Source: a virus
Lineage: Duplodnaviria > Caudoviricetes
Direction: 5' to 3' (one strand)
Virus record (IMG/VR): IMGVR_UViG_3300016476_000412
Coordinates: 1 to 58,839 of that record
DNA: 58,839 bases
The notes below the pieces were generated by a model. That model ran no database searches. It had not been told where the DNA came from and was given only the letters and a program-made list of their open reading frames with translations. Below, in pieces: positions 37,415 through 47,210 of the stretch. Made by a program: the position numbers and the translations under genes. Position 1 is the first letter of the stretch, and every line of letters starts with the position of its first letter.

Positions 37415-38202
37415 GTCCACTGTCCATAGAAGCTGTCTGCGATAAGGCTAGACCGACGCTTGACCGAAATGAACGAGCCGATTGAGACTACCGCGGCAGC
37501 GGCGTTCGTCAAGCCGACAGATGGGATGATCGTCCCAGCCGCGGTCACACGGAACATCCCATGAATACGCGCCACAAGGTCCGTAGCCGTTGTTGCCGTA
37601 ACCAACGGTGCCGCCACCGAGTCCCCAAAAAATGCTTTACCCTGAGTTGTTGCTGGGCTTGTGGTGACGTTGTCCTGCCCTATGATGTAGCTGAGACTGT
37701 CAGCAGAGATTGTGGCGGTTCCGGCACCACGGATGCTGAACGAACAGTTCCCAGAAGTAGCCGACATACTGGACAGGCGAAAAAACGTCTCGTACCCATA
37801 GATTCCGGGGTCTAGATACAGTGCGCCATTTGTCGTTGCGTTGAACAGCTTCTGAACGGCGGTGGTGCTGGTCAGGGTGTACCCGGCAAAAAGCCGCACC
37901 CAGTATTCTGGACCGGAGAAATCATCGGCAGTCGGACTGATGTATACAACTGCTGCTCCCGTTAGGTTCAGCAGAGAGCCAGTGCTCGACTGCACCAAGT
38001 TGCGCGTCAGGGTCGTAGCAGCCGTACCATAGACCCCGACACCAATCTCCCAATCCACCCCGTCTTCAATGACGTAGCGAACAGACTCGCCGTCCACCAC
38101 GCCAGCCGACGCGAAAGACTGAAAACCCACCGCCGGGGAACCGAGGGTAATCGTCCCGGTCCCGGTCGTAGCTGTGGCCATCTTGGCGCGGTTAGCCAGC
38201 AT
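37411..38202 (-). CDS. Tail fibre / receptor-binding protein
   Basis: Conserved [31 protein letters not shown]-terminal domain; beta-rich C-terminus. Confidence 0.65.
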   Translation of the reverse strand: MLANRAKMATATTGTGTITLGSPAVGFQSFASAGVVDGESVRYVIEDGVDWEIGVGVYGTAATTLTRNLVQSSTGSLLNLTGAAVVYISPTADDFSGPEYWVRLFAGYTLTSTTAVQKLFNATTNGALYLDPGIYGYETFFRLSSMSATSGNCSFSIRGAGTATISADSLSYIIGQDNVTTSPATTQGKAFFGDSVAAPLVTATTATDLVARIHGMFRVTAAGTIIPSVGLTNAAAAVVSIGSFISVKRRSSLIADSFYGQWT

Positions 38203-38213
38203 GTCGGTAGTCC

Positions 38214-38594
38214 TTACGCCGGGTCAGGGAAGCGAATGACCGCCGAAGTCAGGGTGAAGCTGTTGCCGCTGGTCACAACCTGCGTAGCGCTGAGAGAACC
38301 CACGGCCAGCAGGCGCGAGTTCACCGTGTCGGTGATGGCATAGAAGGCAGCCGTACCGTTGGCGGTCACAGAACCGTTTGTCACAGCGTTGACCGTGACC
38401 TGCCGCCCGTTGGGCGTGCCGTCAGCCGGTGATCCGATGCCCGGGTAGTTCGCGCCGCTGGCGTAGCCGAGCGAATACGTCACCGTCGCCTGCGTGAAGG
38501 TCGTGGGTTCGGTCGAGCAGATGTCGATGCGGTTGGCTTCGGTGTCGAGGACGGTCAGGCCGTTGTCGAACACGCGGTCTCCAATGGATGCCAT
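38214..38594 (-). CDS. Small beta-rich structural protein
   Basis: 126 aa; D.GL.., GTA.FYA, VTSGN.FTL motifs. Confidence 0.65.
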   Translation of the reverse strand: MASIGDRVFDNGLTVLDTEANRIDICSTEPTTFTQATVTYSLGYASGANYPGIGSPADGTPNGRQVTVNAVTNGSVTANGTAAFYAITDTVNSRLLAVGSLSATQVVTSGNSFTLTSAVIRFPDPA

Positions 38595-38622
38595 GGTCAG
38601 GTCCTCATCTGGTTATGGGAGG

Positions 38623-38877
38623 TCATTTGCGCAGAGCCTCCTCGATGCTGTCGAGCTTCGACATGACAGCCTTGAAACTGTCCCGAAGCTCCTTGAACTC
38701 CCGGTCATGGGCCTGCTTGTTGGCGACAGCCTCGGCCTTGAGCACTGCGAGATCGGTGCGGTGATCCTGCTGCGTCCGGTGAAGCATCCACAGTACCCCC
38801 GCCATCGGCGCGACCAGCCACTTGAGTAGCACATCGGCCATGCGCATCACATCGAGCAGCATCCCACTGTCCTGCAT
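38623..38877 (-). CDS. Single-TM plus coiled-coil protein (possible holin/antiholin)
   Basis: GGAG SD; LLKWLVAPMAGVLWML then heptads ending KLDSIEEALRK. Confidence 0.55.
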   Translation of the reverse strand: MQDSGMLLDVMRMADVLLKWLVAPMAGVLWMLHRTQQDHRTDLAVLKAEAVANKQAHDREFKELRDSFKAVMSKLDSIEEALRK

Positions 38878-38887
38878 CACCGTCTCC

Positions 38888-39658
38888 TTATGCGAACTTC
38901 GGCGCGCGGGCGATGAGCGTCCCGCGTGCGTTACCGAGATTTGCCCGCGCCCGACGTTCGGTAAGACCGTGCAATGCCTGCTTTGCGTGATAGGCTGCAG
39001 CTTGCCGGTCAGCCCACGCCACGTTCGGCATGACCAGCAGGTTTTGGAGCGCGAGGTGGAAGATCGCGTCTTCCAGTTCGTTGAAGATCACCTCATCCAT
39101 CCCGACCGCATCGCGGGACGGTTTCAGTGCATAGAACATGCGCACCGTATAGGTCTGCGCGTCGTCCGGCATAGGCAGGACGATAAACTTGTCGGGGCTG
39201 ACCTGCGTGATGCTTTGCGGCTGGGAGGCCATCTCGATGAACTCGGGCGGCGTGACCAGCGGGTAGCTCTCGTTGAACTCCTGCTGGTTATACTCATCCG
39301 TGTTGATCGTGCCGGAGGGCGTGATGCTCCACAGGGTGTCGGGGTCCAGCCCGCCGAACATGTCAGCCCAGAGCGGGTGCTGCTCGATGGCCTGCTCCAG
39401 CGTCAGTACCGGCAGCGGGAAACCGTTCATCTGCACGCCAAAGAGGGCGTGCACGTCGCTGCCCGCGGGCTTGATGAAGTCGTACTCGTGGATGCCCGCG
39501 GTCAGGTTGAACTGCGACTGCGCCATCCTCCACGCCAGTGTGCGCTCACACACCCGGATCGCGGCCTCGCGGATATGCGAGATCAGGACCGGTGCCGGGC
39601 AGCCGGGAGTGTAGGCGTTCACCCGGTTCACAAGGGTCGTGAAGTTGCGCGTTGCCAT
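38888..39658 (-). CDS. Head-tail adaptor / tail tubular protein
   Basis: PGCP..IREAAI..CE.T.AW; ALKPSR; typical position. Confidence 0.65.
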   Translation of the reverse strand: MATRNFTTLVNRVNAYTPGCPAPVLISHIREAAIRVCERTLAWRMAQSQFNLTAGIHEYDFIKPAGSDVHALFGVQMNGFPLPVLTLEQAIEQHPLWADMFGGLDPDTLWSITPSGTINTDEYNQQEFNESYPLVTPPEFIEMASQPQSITQVSPDKFIVLPMPDDAQTYTVRMFYALKPSRDAVGMDEVIFNELEDAIFHLALQNLLVMPNVAWADRQAAAYHAKQALHGLTERRARANLGNARGTLIARAPKFA

Positions 39659-39659
39659 G

Positions 39660-40304
39660 TCAGATCACCTGCTTCTGATCGAGACCGGCCGACGCGGTGT
39701 CGGTCACAGTCCGCACCTTGAGGGACAGGTCGAGTTGCTGGAGCATCGCATCATAGAACAGCTTGGCGCGACCGGAGTTAATGTGCTCGTCGTCGATGGA
39801 CTGCGACAAGAACACAGTCCCGTCGACCACGGCGGGCATGTAGGCGGCGGGCGGATGCGTGATCTCATCCGTCAGCGCATAGTCCTCCGGCACCCGGGCA
39901 TACTCAGCGATCAGGACAATACCCGTAGCAGGGCGCGGGTACAGGAAGAACTGGTTGGCGTTCTTCGGGTGGCGCATGAAGTTGATGGGGTTGCCAGCGG
40001 CTTCACTCATCCACCCGGGGTAGCTGCGGCTCATTGTTTCGCGGTTGACCTCGACGATGACATCGCCGTCTTTGATCTGGAAGACATCGAGCAGTCGGAT
40101 AGCATCATCGGGCAGCGTCTGCACCGCTGACCCCTGCACAGTCTCGACTTCCATGATTGTCGAGAACAGATCGGGTCGCAGTGCAGCGATGCGCTTGAGC
40201 GTTTGGTTGACATAACCGAGCAACACCGCATCGCTATAGCGATACGGTGCCACCTGATCCTGAACGAGGCGTCGGACCTCGGTTATGACATCCGCTGGTG
40301 TCAT
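39660..40304 (-). CDS. Head-tail adaptor protein (DUF6682-like)
   Basis: VRRLVQD..RYSD..LL.YVN..RPD.F; F.LYP.P. Confidence 0.65.
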   Translation of the reverse strand: MTPADVITEVRRLVQDQVAPYRYSDAVLLGYVNQTLKRIAALRPDLFSTIMEVETVQGSAVQTLPDDAIRLLDVFQIKDGDVIVEVNRETMSRSYPGWMSEAAGNPINFMRHPKNANQFFLYPRPATGIVLIAEYARVPEDYALTDEITHPPAAYMPAVVDGTVFLSQSIDDEHINSGRAKLFYDAMLQQLDLSLKVRTVTDTASAGLDQKQVI

Positions 40305-40546
40305 TCAGGCAAACCCCTCGTCGCATCTGCTGCCAGTTCCGGCGGAGTATACGGCGGTTCTTGCCCGGTGTCATCAGTCGTCAGGTCAATCTTCTTGGTG
40401 CGCCGCTTCGCCTTCTCGACTGCAGGCGTGACAAAGCGTTCGGGGAAGGCTTCTTCCTCGGTCACTTCCTCACACTTCGGGTTCTTGGCGAGCACGGGGT
40501 GCCATTCGTAGATGAACCCGTCGGCCTTGTTGCGCAGATACCGCAT
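40301..40546 (-). CDS. Hypothetical protein
   Basis: Translationally coupled at both ends. Confidence 0.65.
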   Translation of the reverse strand: MRYLRNKADGFIYEWHPVLAKNPKCEEVTEEEAFPERFVTPAVEKAKRRTKKIDLTTDDTGQEPPYTPPELAADATRGLPE

Positions 40547-40722
40547 CACTTCTTCCTCTGCTTGATGCCTGCCTCGCTCAACGCAATGGCTATAGCTTGC
40601 TTCCGATTCTTCACGATGGGTGCCTTCTTCGGTCCTTTCGGATCGACGCCCCCATGCAGAGTACCCGTCTTGTACTCGTGCATGACCTTACCAACTTTGG
40701 CCTTCTGTGCTTTGGTCGGCAT
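40546..40722 (-). CDS. Small basic protein (DUF6496-like)
   Basis: KV.KVMHEYK.GTLH.G...VKNRKQAIAIALSEAG. Confidence 0.75.
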   Translation of the reverse strand: MPTKAQKAKVGKVMHEYKTGTLHGGVDPKGPKKAPIVKNRKQAIAIALSEAGIKQRKK

Positions 40723-40723
40723 G

Positions 40724-41080
40724 TCAGTCCTCCTCACCCTCTGGGGGATAATAGTCCTTCCGTTCCCACGCTTGGCATGTGCGCAGGTTGTGACAGACGA
40801 ACTCAAATTTGTGACACCATCCGCGCCCTCCACCGTCACGGTCGAGCGCGTTGATAGGAATCGACTCCATATCTTTCAGTGCCTCCGGCGTGTTGTCGAA
40901 GTACTCGCAGTTGGCGCAGAACCTCCGCCGCGCCTCATCCTCGGGGATACCCCACGCCTTGGCGATACCGGACCAGTACGCCTTGTTGGCGTACTTATCG
41001 ACCGAGGTAGTCGTCGGGCCGAGCCGCCACTCTTGGACCAGCCGCTGCACGACCGCGTTGTTTTGCTTCTCAGTAATCAT
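40724..41080 (-). CDS. Cys-rich small protein
   Basis: CANCEYF...GWCHKFEFVC...TCQAW. Confidence 0.65.
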   Translation of the reverse strand: MITEKQNNAVVQRLVQEWRLGPTTTSVDKYANKAYWSGIAKAWGIPEDEARRRFCANCEYFDNTPEALKDMESIPINALDRDGGGRGWCHKFEFVCHNLRTCQAWERKDYYPPEGEED

Positions 41081-41340
41081 CACCACTTCACCTTGTCTGC
41101 CCAGTAGGCCGCGGACATCTTGCCCTTGGCGATGTTCTTCGCGTGCCGGGCTTTGAACGCCTCATTGCGCTTCGACCCATCGGGCGAGCCGGTCACGCCC
41201 TGCTGTCCGAAGCGGATCGTCTTGACCTGATCGCCGGTCTTGGCGACGACCACATGGCTCTTGGTGGGGTGGCTGGGCGTGCGCTTCGGCTGGTTGTACG
41301 CGCTCACCCCGGCGCGTTCGAGGCGGGGGTCCTTGGCCAT
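41080..41340 (-). CDS. Small basic protein (DUF6321-like)
   Basis: NQPKRTP..K..V..K..IRFG...F.ARH...SAAYWA.K.KW. Confidence 0.7.
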   Translation of the reverse strand: MAKDPRLERAGVSAYNQPKRTPSHPTKSHVVVAKTGDQVKTIRFGQQGVTGSPDGSKRNEAFKARHAKNIAKGKMSAAYWADKVKW

Positions 41341-42365
41341 TACGACGTCGCTCCCTTGATGACGGCGAAGTTCAGGACCAGCTGCTCGTCGATCCCTGAG
41401 TTCCCGAGATTGTGGATTTGGATGCGACACGACCCTGCGGCCACAGCGGTCACGGTCACGTCGTAGGAGTCTGCTGTAGCGGCGGACGCGATGTTGATGA
41501 CGACGATGTCGGTCGCCGCGATGAAGCTGTTGGTCAGGGTGAAGCTGACCGCCGCACCGTTTGAGATGCTACCAGCAGCCAGCGTGATCTGGCCGGTCGG
41601 CTTGTTGAGCGTCACACCCGTGGTCTTGTTCGTGGTCTGGGTAACGGTGCCACCGGCCCCTGCGCTGGTCGCAAAACCCGTGCTACCCGTGGCGAGCATG
41701 TTTGTGGCTTGCACCAGCGTCATGCCCGAGAACGACCCGGAGAACGTGACGTTCGACACCGTGCCGCCTGTGATGTTGACGTTGTTCGCGTTCTGCGTGG
41801 CGATGGTCCCGAGACCAAGGTTGGTCCGCGCACCGGATGCGTCAGACGCACCGGTCCCGCCGTCGGCAACTGCGAGATCAGTGATACCAGTGATCGACCC
41901 ACCCGTGATGGTCACGCTACTGCTGGCCTGAGTGGAGATCGTGCCCAGCCCCAGCGCCGTGCGCCCTGCAGCGGCGTCGGCAGCTGTGAACAGAGCAACC
42001 CCCGTCACCGTGCCGCCAAGGCTTGTACGGGCCGCTGCTGCGGTCGTGGCCCCGGTGCCACCGTCGGCGATGGCCAGCGCCGTGATACCGCTGACGGAGC
42101 CGCCCGTAATCGCCGCCTTGGCGATGCTGACCGAACCGGTCCCGTTGGGCGCGAGGACGAGGTCGGCATTGGTATTGGTCGTGGAGATTGTCGCACCGTC
42201 GAGGCGGATGTTGTCCACCTCGACGTTGGCCGTGCCTACCTTGAGCGCGGTCGCCGTGCCAGTCGCACTGTACACGGTCTTGGGGGTAGCCTCGGGGCCA
42301 CCATCGACATGAAGCAGCTGAGGGAACGTGTCCTTGATCTTCAATGCGGTCAGGTTGGTAGCCAC
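41340..42365 (-). CDS. Head or tail fibre protein
   Basis: Repeats LA(I/V)ADGGTGA..A..ART.LG and LGTI.TQ....V.ITGG; GTG start after AAGGAGG. Confidence 0.7.
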   Translation of the reverse strand: MATNLTALKIKDTFPQLLHVDGGPEATPKTVYSATGTATALKVGTANVEVDNIRLDGATISTTNTNADLVLAPNGTGSVSIAKAAITGGSVSGITALAIADGGTGATTAAAARTSLGGTVTGVALFTAADAAAGRTALGLGTISTQASSSVTITGGSITGITDLAVADGGTGASDASGARTNLGLGTIATQNANNVNITGGTVSNVTFSGSFSGMTLVQATNMLATGSTGFATSAGAGGTVTQTTNKTTGVTLNKPTGQITLAAGSISNGAAVSFTLTNSFIAATDIVVINIASAATADSYDVTVTAVAAGSCRIQIHNLGNSGIDEQLVLNFAVIKGATS

Positions 42366-42384
42366 GGGGATGCCTCCTTTAGGG

Positions 42385-42406
42385 AGCGGGGGCCGCGAGG
42401 CCCCCG
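42385..42406. terminator. GC-rich hairpin downstream of the capsid genes
   Basis: GCGGGGGCC-GCGA-GGCCCCCGC; T-tract only on the + strand side. Confidence 0.5.
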
Positions 42407-42416
42407 CAGTTTTTCA

Positions 42417-42902
42417 TCAGTTGACGTCTGCGACGACGGCCCAGATGGTGATGACAGCAAGGTCCGCCGCGTTGTTAAGAACAACGTCGATGGTGTCTTC
42501 CGCGCCGTAGTACTTGCCGAACGGCATCGACGGGGACAGCGTATTCGGCGTGCCTTCGACGACCGTGACCTGCGTGCAGGAATAGCCCGCCACGGTGTTG
42601 GCGTTGACGCCATCGAGGTAGCCGTCGGTGTCGGTGCCGTCACCCACGTCGATGGTGAGCGTGCCGCCCTCGGCCTTGGTCACGTCCGCGCCGACGGCAA
42701 GGACCTGCGTCTTGGCCGGGATGCGCAGAACCTGCAGGATGTCGCCCGAGGTCAGCGCCGTGGCACCGGCTGCCGCGCGAGCGGCAGCGATGGCGGCGAA
42801 GTCCAGCGTAACGGCCAAACGCGTCACATGGTAGCGGCCAGCATCGGGGTACGCCGCAGCGGTCCCTTTGTTGAAGCCGAGCGAGTCGGTGTAGGTTGCC
42901 AT
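42417..42902 (-). CDS. Capsid decoration/cement protein
   Basis: 161 aa beta-rich, directly after the major capsid gene; T.DVGD..D.DGY.DG motif. Confidence 0.65.
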   Translation of the reverse strand: MATYTDSLGFNKGTAAAYPDAGRYHVTRLAVTLDFAAIAAARAAAGATALTSGDILQVLRIPAKTQVLAVGADVTKAEGGTLTIDVGDGTDTDGYLDGVNANTVAGYSCTQVTVVEGTPNTLSPSMPFGKYYGAEDTIDVVLNNAADLAVITIWAVVADVN

Positions 42903-42915
42903 GGATCAGTGCTCC

Positions 42916-43842
42916 TCAAGCGAAGGTGACAACGGCTTGCGCCAGCGCCTGCGGCTTCACGACCTTGTAGCCGTACACCTGCAGGCCGCGCACGATGTTC
43001 CCGAAGGTCGACTCGGCGCGCAGGGATTCCATCTCCGTCATCTGCGATGCGAAGGTGAAGCCCATCTTGTGACCCGCGATCAGCGAGGTCTTGCCGGACG
43101 AGACGTTCAGGTTGTGCGACACATACAGGGTGAAGCGGTCGATCATGCCCAGACGGCCGTTGCGCAGCGGGGTGGTGCCGTCGCCGGTCAGCGAAGCGTC
43201 CTTGAGTTCGGACTTCTTGATGAGACCAGCCATCTTGGCCGGGATCACGAGGAAGCGGTCGTTCTCGGGGACGTTGGCTTCGTCCAGCACGGTGCCCATG
43301 TCGACGATCAGGTCGATGACCGGGGTGGTGGTCGACGCGCCATCCTTGGTCACGGTCAGCGGCGAACCGGTCGTACCGAGGTTGAACGAGGCCGACTGTT
43401 CGCCAGCGGTCGCGCCTTTGTTGGTCGAGGCGATGTCCGGCAGGATGTCGGTCAAGACGCGCTGGTCGATCTTGATCTTCATCTGCTCGGAAGCGTCCTT
43501 CGACCACATGTCCATCATCTTGATGTCGGACTGAACGCGGTCAACGTCGTCTTCGACGCAAGCGAAGTACTCGCCCTTGTCGATCAGAAGCTGCAGCTTC
43601 GGTGCTTCCGGCTGTTCCACGGTCAGGGTCTGGCCCTTGACGTAGTCACGGATGGTGATGTTGGGCTGGGTACGGATGTTCACCGTATCGCCCATGCGGC
43701 GGATTTCGCCTTCGTAGTCGGTGTTCGAGATCGCTGCGAGCACGGTGGCGTCGTAGAAGTTCTCGATCAGTTTGCCCGACCAGATTTCGGGGATGAAGGT
43801 CCCCGAGAAGTTGGGACGACCGCCAGAGACGGGGTAAGCCAT
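42916..43842 (-). CDS. Major capsid protein (HK97 fold)
   Basis: FIPEIWS, YEGEI..GDTVNI, LDEANVP..RF.VI, G..G.I..F..Y.S.N, RGLQVYG.KV. Confidence 0.92.
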   Translation of the reverse strand: MAYPVSGGRPNFSGTFIPEIWSGKLIENFYDATVLAAISNTDYEGEIRRMGDTVNIRTQPNITIRDYVKGQTLTVEQPEAPKLQLLIDKGEYFACVEDDVDRVQSDIKMMDMWSKDASEQMKIKIDQRVLTDILPDIASTNKGATAGEQSASFNLGTTGSPLTVTKDGASTTTPVIDLIVDMGTVLDEANVPENDRFLVIPAKMAGLIKKSELKDASLTGDGTTPLRNGRLGMIDRFTLYVSHNLNVSSGKTSLIAGHKMGFTFASQMTEMESLRAESTFGNIVRGLQVYGYKVVKPQALAQAVVTFA

Positions 43843-43857
43843 TGGGTAAGCCTTTCC

Positions 43858-44874
43858 TTAGCTTGGTTCACGGATGCGACCTTCGCGCTGTGCGGCGAAG
43901 ATGTCGCGCTCGATCCGGTCACGCTCCTGCTCCCGACCCTTGTACACACCTTTCCGCACGTCGTCGAAGAACTTCGCAACGTCGACCCGGGTGTAGACTT
44001 TCGTGTCACCACCAGTGGTCATCGCTGCAGAGGTCCGCCCACGACCGGGAGCGATCTGCTTTTCGAGTTGGGACGCAGCTGCGTTCCGAGTTTGTTGAGC
44101 AACAGAATTGCCACTCAGGGACTGCCACGTCTTGAAGAACCCGGCCACACGGGCAGCATCCAACTGGGACTGGGCCGCATCGAGGAACGTCTGCCGCGGC
44201 ACACCGGCCAGCGGGTCGACCTCAAGGAGCCAGCTGTGGAACTGCTGGTCAGCGTTGATCTCCCGCCAGTCAGGGACCTGCGCCGACAAGTCGGACCAGA
44301 ACATCTGCTCCGCGTTGAGGGCTTGGCGCTGGGCAACACTCTCGACCTTCGGGACGATATTGGCCTGCAGCTGCGCGATCACCCTCTTGAGTTCGGCGAT
44401 CTCGCGGTTGGCAGTGGTGACTTCCTCGCGTGCGGCACGCCGCATCACTTCGATGGAGTCGCCGTATTCCTCGACGTCCTTGTCGGTAATCAGCCGTTCC
44501 GCCGCGACCTGTGCAGACTGGGTCTGCTGGGGAGCGGACAGCGATGCGATCAGCTGTTCAAGCTGCGTCACACGCTGGTTCAGCTGGGTGTTCTCCGCGC
44601 GCAGGCGGGTGGTATCGGCGTTGTACATCCCTTGTAGGGAACGCCAACGCTGTTCGAAAGTGGGGTCTTCATCAGTGGTGCCGACTCGCCTTTGCTCGGC
44701 AGGCGACGGCGCAGCAGCAGCCGGTGCGGTACCGTCGGCAGGCGCAGCGGTCGAGTCCGTGTCCCCTCCTTCCAATACCGGGTCTTCCCCGGCAGTGGTC
44801 TGGTCGGAGTTCAGGTCTTCGTACAGCTTCGCAACAGCCTCGGACTGTTTACGGACTTGCTCTGGGATGGCCAT
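43858..44874 (-). CDS. Capsid scaffolding protein
   Basis: Acidic coiled coil (LQGMYNA), VPDWR.IN, C-terminal AQREGRI, upstream of the major capsid gene. Confidence 0.8.
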   Translation of the reverse strand: MAIPEQVRKQSEAVAKLYEDLNSDQTTAGEDPVLEGGDTDSTAAPADGTAPAAAAPSPAEQRRVGTTDEDPTFEQRWRSLQGMYNADTTRLRAENTQLNQRVTQLEQLIASLSAPQQTQSAQVAAERLITDKDVEEYGDSIEVMRRAAREEVTTANREIAELKRVIAQLQANIVPKVESVAQRQALNAEQMFWSDLSAQVPDWREINADQQFHSWLLEVDPLAGVPRQTFLDAAQSQLDAARVAGFFKTWQSLSGNSVAQQTRNAAASQLEKQIAPGRGRTSAAMTTGGDTKVYTRVDVAKFFDDVRKGVYKGREQERDRIERDIFAAQREGRIREPS

Positions 44875-44906
44875 TTTGAACGCTCCTCTCGGGTGTGCGT
44901 GTTGGA

Positions 44907-45137
44907 TCAGCTGCCCCTACGGGGCTGTGCTGCTAAGTCAGGGGACTCGGTGGCGAGCTTGAAAAGCTCCGCCAGAACCTGACACCGCCCCTGAGCAAGT
45001 GCCACGTTCTGTTGTCCCACGCTGGGCAAGCGTTCGAGTTCCGACATGCGCCACTCTCCCAGCCATTCGAGGATGACCGGGTGTTGACGCACGCTGCTCG
45101 CCAGCGCGTGGATTACGTCTGGGGTAGGCTGCTTCAC
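44907..45137 (-). CDS. Conserved small protein downstream of the portal
   Basis: GTGA coupling; AQGRCQVL motif. Confidence 0.7.
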   Translation of the reverse strand: MKQPTPDVIHALASSVRQHPVILEWLGEWRMSELERLPSVGQQNVALAQGRCQVLAELFKLATESPDLAAQPRRGS

Positions 45138-47161
45138 TGCGGCCCCCCGTTGATAAGATTGGTACCACCGGCCGGATTACCAGCCAGATCGGTGTTCTCC
45201 ATGGCGGGCTGACCGCCGCCCGGGGCGGGCATCTGACTCGCCGCTGCGGCTGCGCGGTTCGCGGTGGCCAGCTTCTCGCGCGACGGGACGACGTCGTCGA
45301 CCGGCATCTGCAGCCCCTTAGCGACTTCGCGCAGCAGCGCGGCGCGACCCTCGGTCCCGATGATGTTCATGTCGAACTCGTTCGCCGTGGCGTTCAGGAA
45401 CTCCACGCGGCGCACGTTGACCGTCTCCTTGACGGCGAGGTTAACCGCGCCTTTGGCGACGATCTGGGCATCGCCCTTGATCGACTCGTCCGCATCGTAG
45501 CGCATGTTGTAGACATACTGGCGGTAGACGATGGGCTTGATGACATCGCTGTCGATGTGCATCACTACCTGCCGGATACCCTTACCCGCCGACCCCATGA
45601 GCATGGACAGACCGGAAGCTGTCCGCCCCGCGCCCTGCACATTGGTGTCGCCGTAGATGTAGGACGGGATACCGCTGTGGTCGTCGGCGAGCCGCGAGAA
45701 CCGGTCGTAGACGCCCATCAGCGTGTTGGCATTGTCGTTCGGCTGGTTGAACCTGACGGCCGGAGCCGACGACCCGAGCGGGTCGTTGAGCACCTGCCAG
45801 ATTTTCCACGGCTGCAGCTGGGTGATGTCCTCGTTGGGCGGGATGCGCTCAAGGTTGACCTCGACCTGCGGGCCGGACGCGACAGCCATGTTGTTCACAA
45901 GCGCGCGAGCGGCGGCGTTGCAGACGTTCTGGATGTCCTCGATGATCTCAGGGATACCGCGGCCCCAGAACGAGCCGGGCTGCTTGATGAACGACGTCTT
46001 GGCGTAGGGCTTCTCGCCCAGCGGGTCGTAGTTCAGCACTGCCTTGATGACGAAGTTGCCGACGACCCAGACGTTGGCGTCGTACTCTTGATCCTCATCG
46101 GGGACCTCATTCTCGTCCATGCCCCACTCACGGAGCATCCGGCCGCTGACCTTACCCCAGAACTCCAACGCGTCGTAAACGTCGGTCGGGCGCAGTTCTG
46201 TGTGGAACTTGCGCTCCTCAACCTCACGCGCCGTCTTCTGCCACTCCTGCACCCACGACTGGGTGTTACCGATGCGAAGCACCTCGCGGATGGCAGCGTC
46301 GTCATAGCCCGGCACGCCAATCAGGTCAGCCAGTTGGGTACGGGTCATCTCGTGGTACTCGAACAGGTACCCGTCGTTGATCCGGGTGATGCCCGGCTCG
46401 GGGTAGATGTTGAACGGGCTGACACGCTCGTACTCCGGCGCGATGCGCTCACCCGGCTGGAGACTCTTGCCCTCCCACTTGAGGTAGCGCTGGCGTCGGA
46501 CAATCGGCCCCTTCACGAAGGCAGCCGGGAAGGTGACGACGTCGGTGATGAAGTCGTTGAAGGCGTCGGCCCAGCCGCCCTGCGCGAACTGGTCCTCGAT
46601 CTTGATCTTCATCCGGTCGGAGCGGTTCTGTGCCGCCTGTAGGATTTTGAAGCGGAACTCCTGCGCGACTGTCTCCTTGAGTTCAGCCATCTGCGCCTTG
46701 TTTGGCGCGGTGCCCGACATCTGGAGGATTTCCATCACACGCTCGGCGAACGCCATCTGCAGTTCACCAGCCTCGGTGGGCGACAGGTCAGGGATCGGCG
46801 ACGGTTGGATGTCCCACGGCGGCGAACCGTTATCGAGGAGGATGTCCCGCAGCCAGCTTTCGGCGGCGCGGCACTTCACCTCGGTCAGCATCATGTAGAC
46901 CTCGGAGCCGCCCTGCGACTTGATCGCCTGCAGCTTGTCAGCTTCGTACTCACCGTTCCGCTGGCGCATGGCTTTGAGCATGACATCGGTGATCGGGTCA
47001 CGCGCGATACGGGCAGCATCCCAGCACTGCTTCAAGTGCGCCGTGATGCCAAGCATCACCGGGCTGCTCTGACGCGAGGCAAGCTCCTGCGCAGCCTGTT
47101 CGCGCTCGGCGCGTACAAGCTCCTCGTTGCCGACTACACGCAGTATGGTAAGCCCTGCCAT
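45134..47161 (-). CDS. Portal protein
   Basis: 675 aa; VKGP, VSPF..YP.P, EFWG, FWG.G, SGP, RTASGLSMLM. Confidence 0.9.
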   Translation of the reverse strand: MAGLTILRVVGNEELVRAEREQAAQELASRQSSPVMLGITAHLKQCWDAARIARDPITDVMLKAMRQRNGEYEADKLQAIKSQGGSEVYMMLTEVKCRAAESWLRDILLDNGSPPWDIQPSPIPDLSPTEAGELQMAFAERVMEILQMSGTAPNKAQMAELKETVAQEFRFKILQAAQNRSDRMKIKIEDQFAQGGWADAFNDFITDVVTFPAAFVKGPIVRRQRYLKWEGKSLQPGERIAPEYERVSPFNIYPEPGITRINDGYLFEYHEMTRTQLADLIGVPGYDDAAIREVLRIGNTQSWVQEWQKTAREVEERKFHTELRPTDVYDALEFWGKVSGRMLREWGMDENEVPDEDQEYDANVWVVGNFVIKAVLNYDPLGEKPYAKTSFIKQPGSFWGRGIPEIIEDIQNVCNAAARALVNNMAVASGPQVEVNLERIPPNEDITQLQPWKIWQVLNDPLGSSAPAVRFNQPNDNANTLMGVYDRFSRLADDHSGIPSYIYGDTNVQGAGRTASGLSMLMGSAGKGIRQVVMHIDSDVIKPIVYRQYVYNMRYDADESIKGDAQIVAKGAVNLAVKETVNVRRVEFLNATANEFDMNIIGTEGRAALLREVAKGLQMPVDDVVPSREKLATANRAAAAASQMPAPGGGQPAMENTDLAGNPAGGTNLINGGPQ

Positions 47162-47178
47162 GTCTACTCCTGTTTGCG

Positions 47179-47210
47179 CGACTATACACTCTATAGTCGT
47201 TTCGCGTCAA
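47179..47210 (-). promoter_or_regulatory. Sigma70-like portal promoter with overlapping inverted repeat
   Basis: TTGACG-N18-TATAGT; CGACTATA-N5-TATAGTCG at 47179-47199. Confidence 0.7.

Noticed and set aside
42405-42420. CTGATGA on the - strand next to a hairpin as a second hammerhead
   Set aside because: It is the tandem stop TGATGA of the decoration gene; no stem II/GAAA arrangement and no stem I
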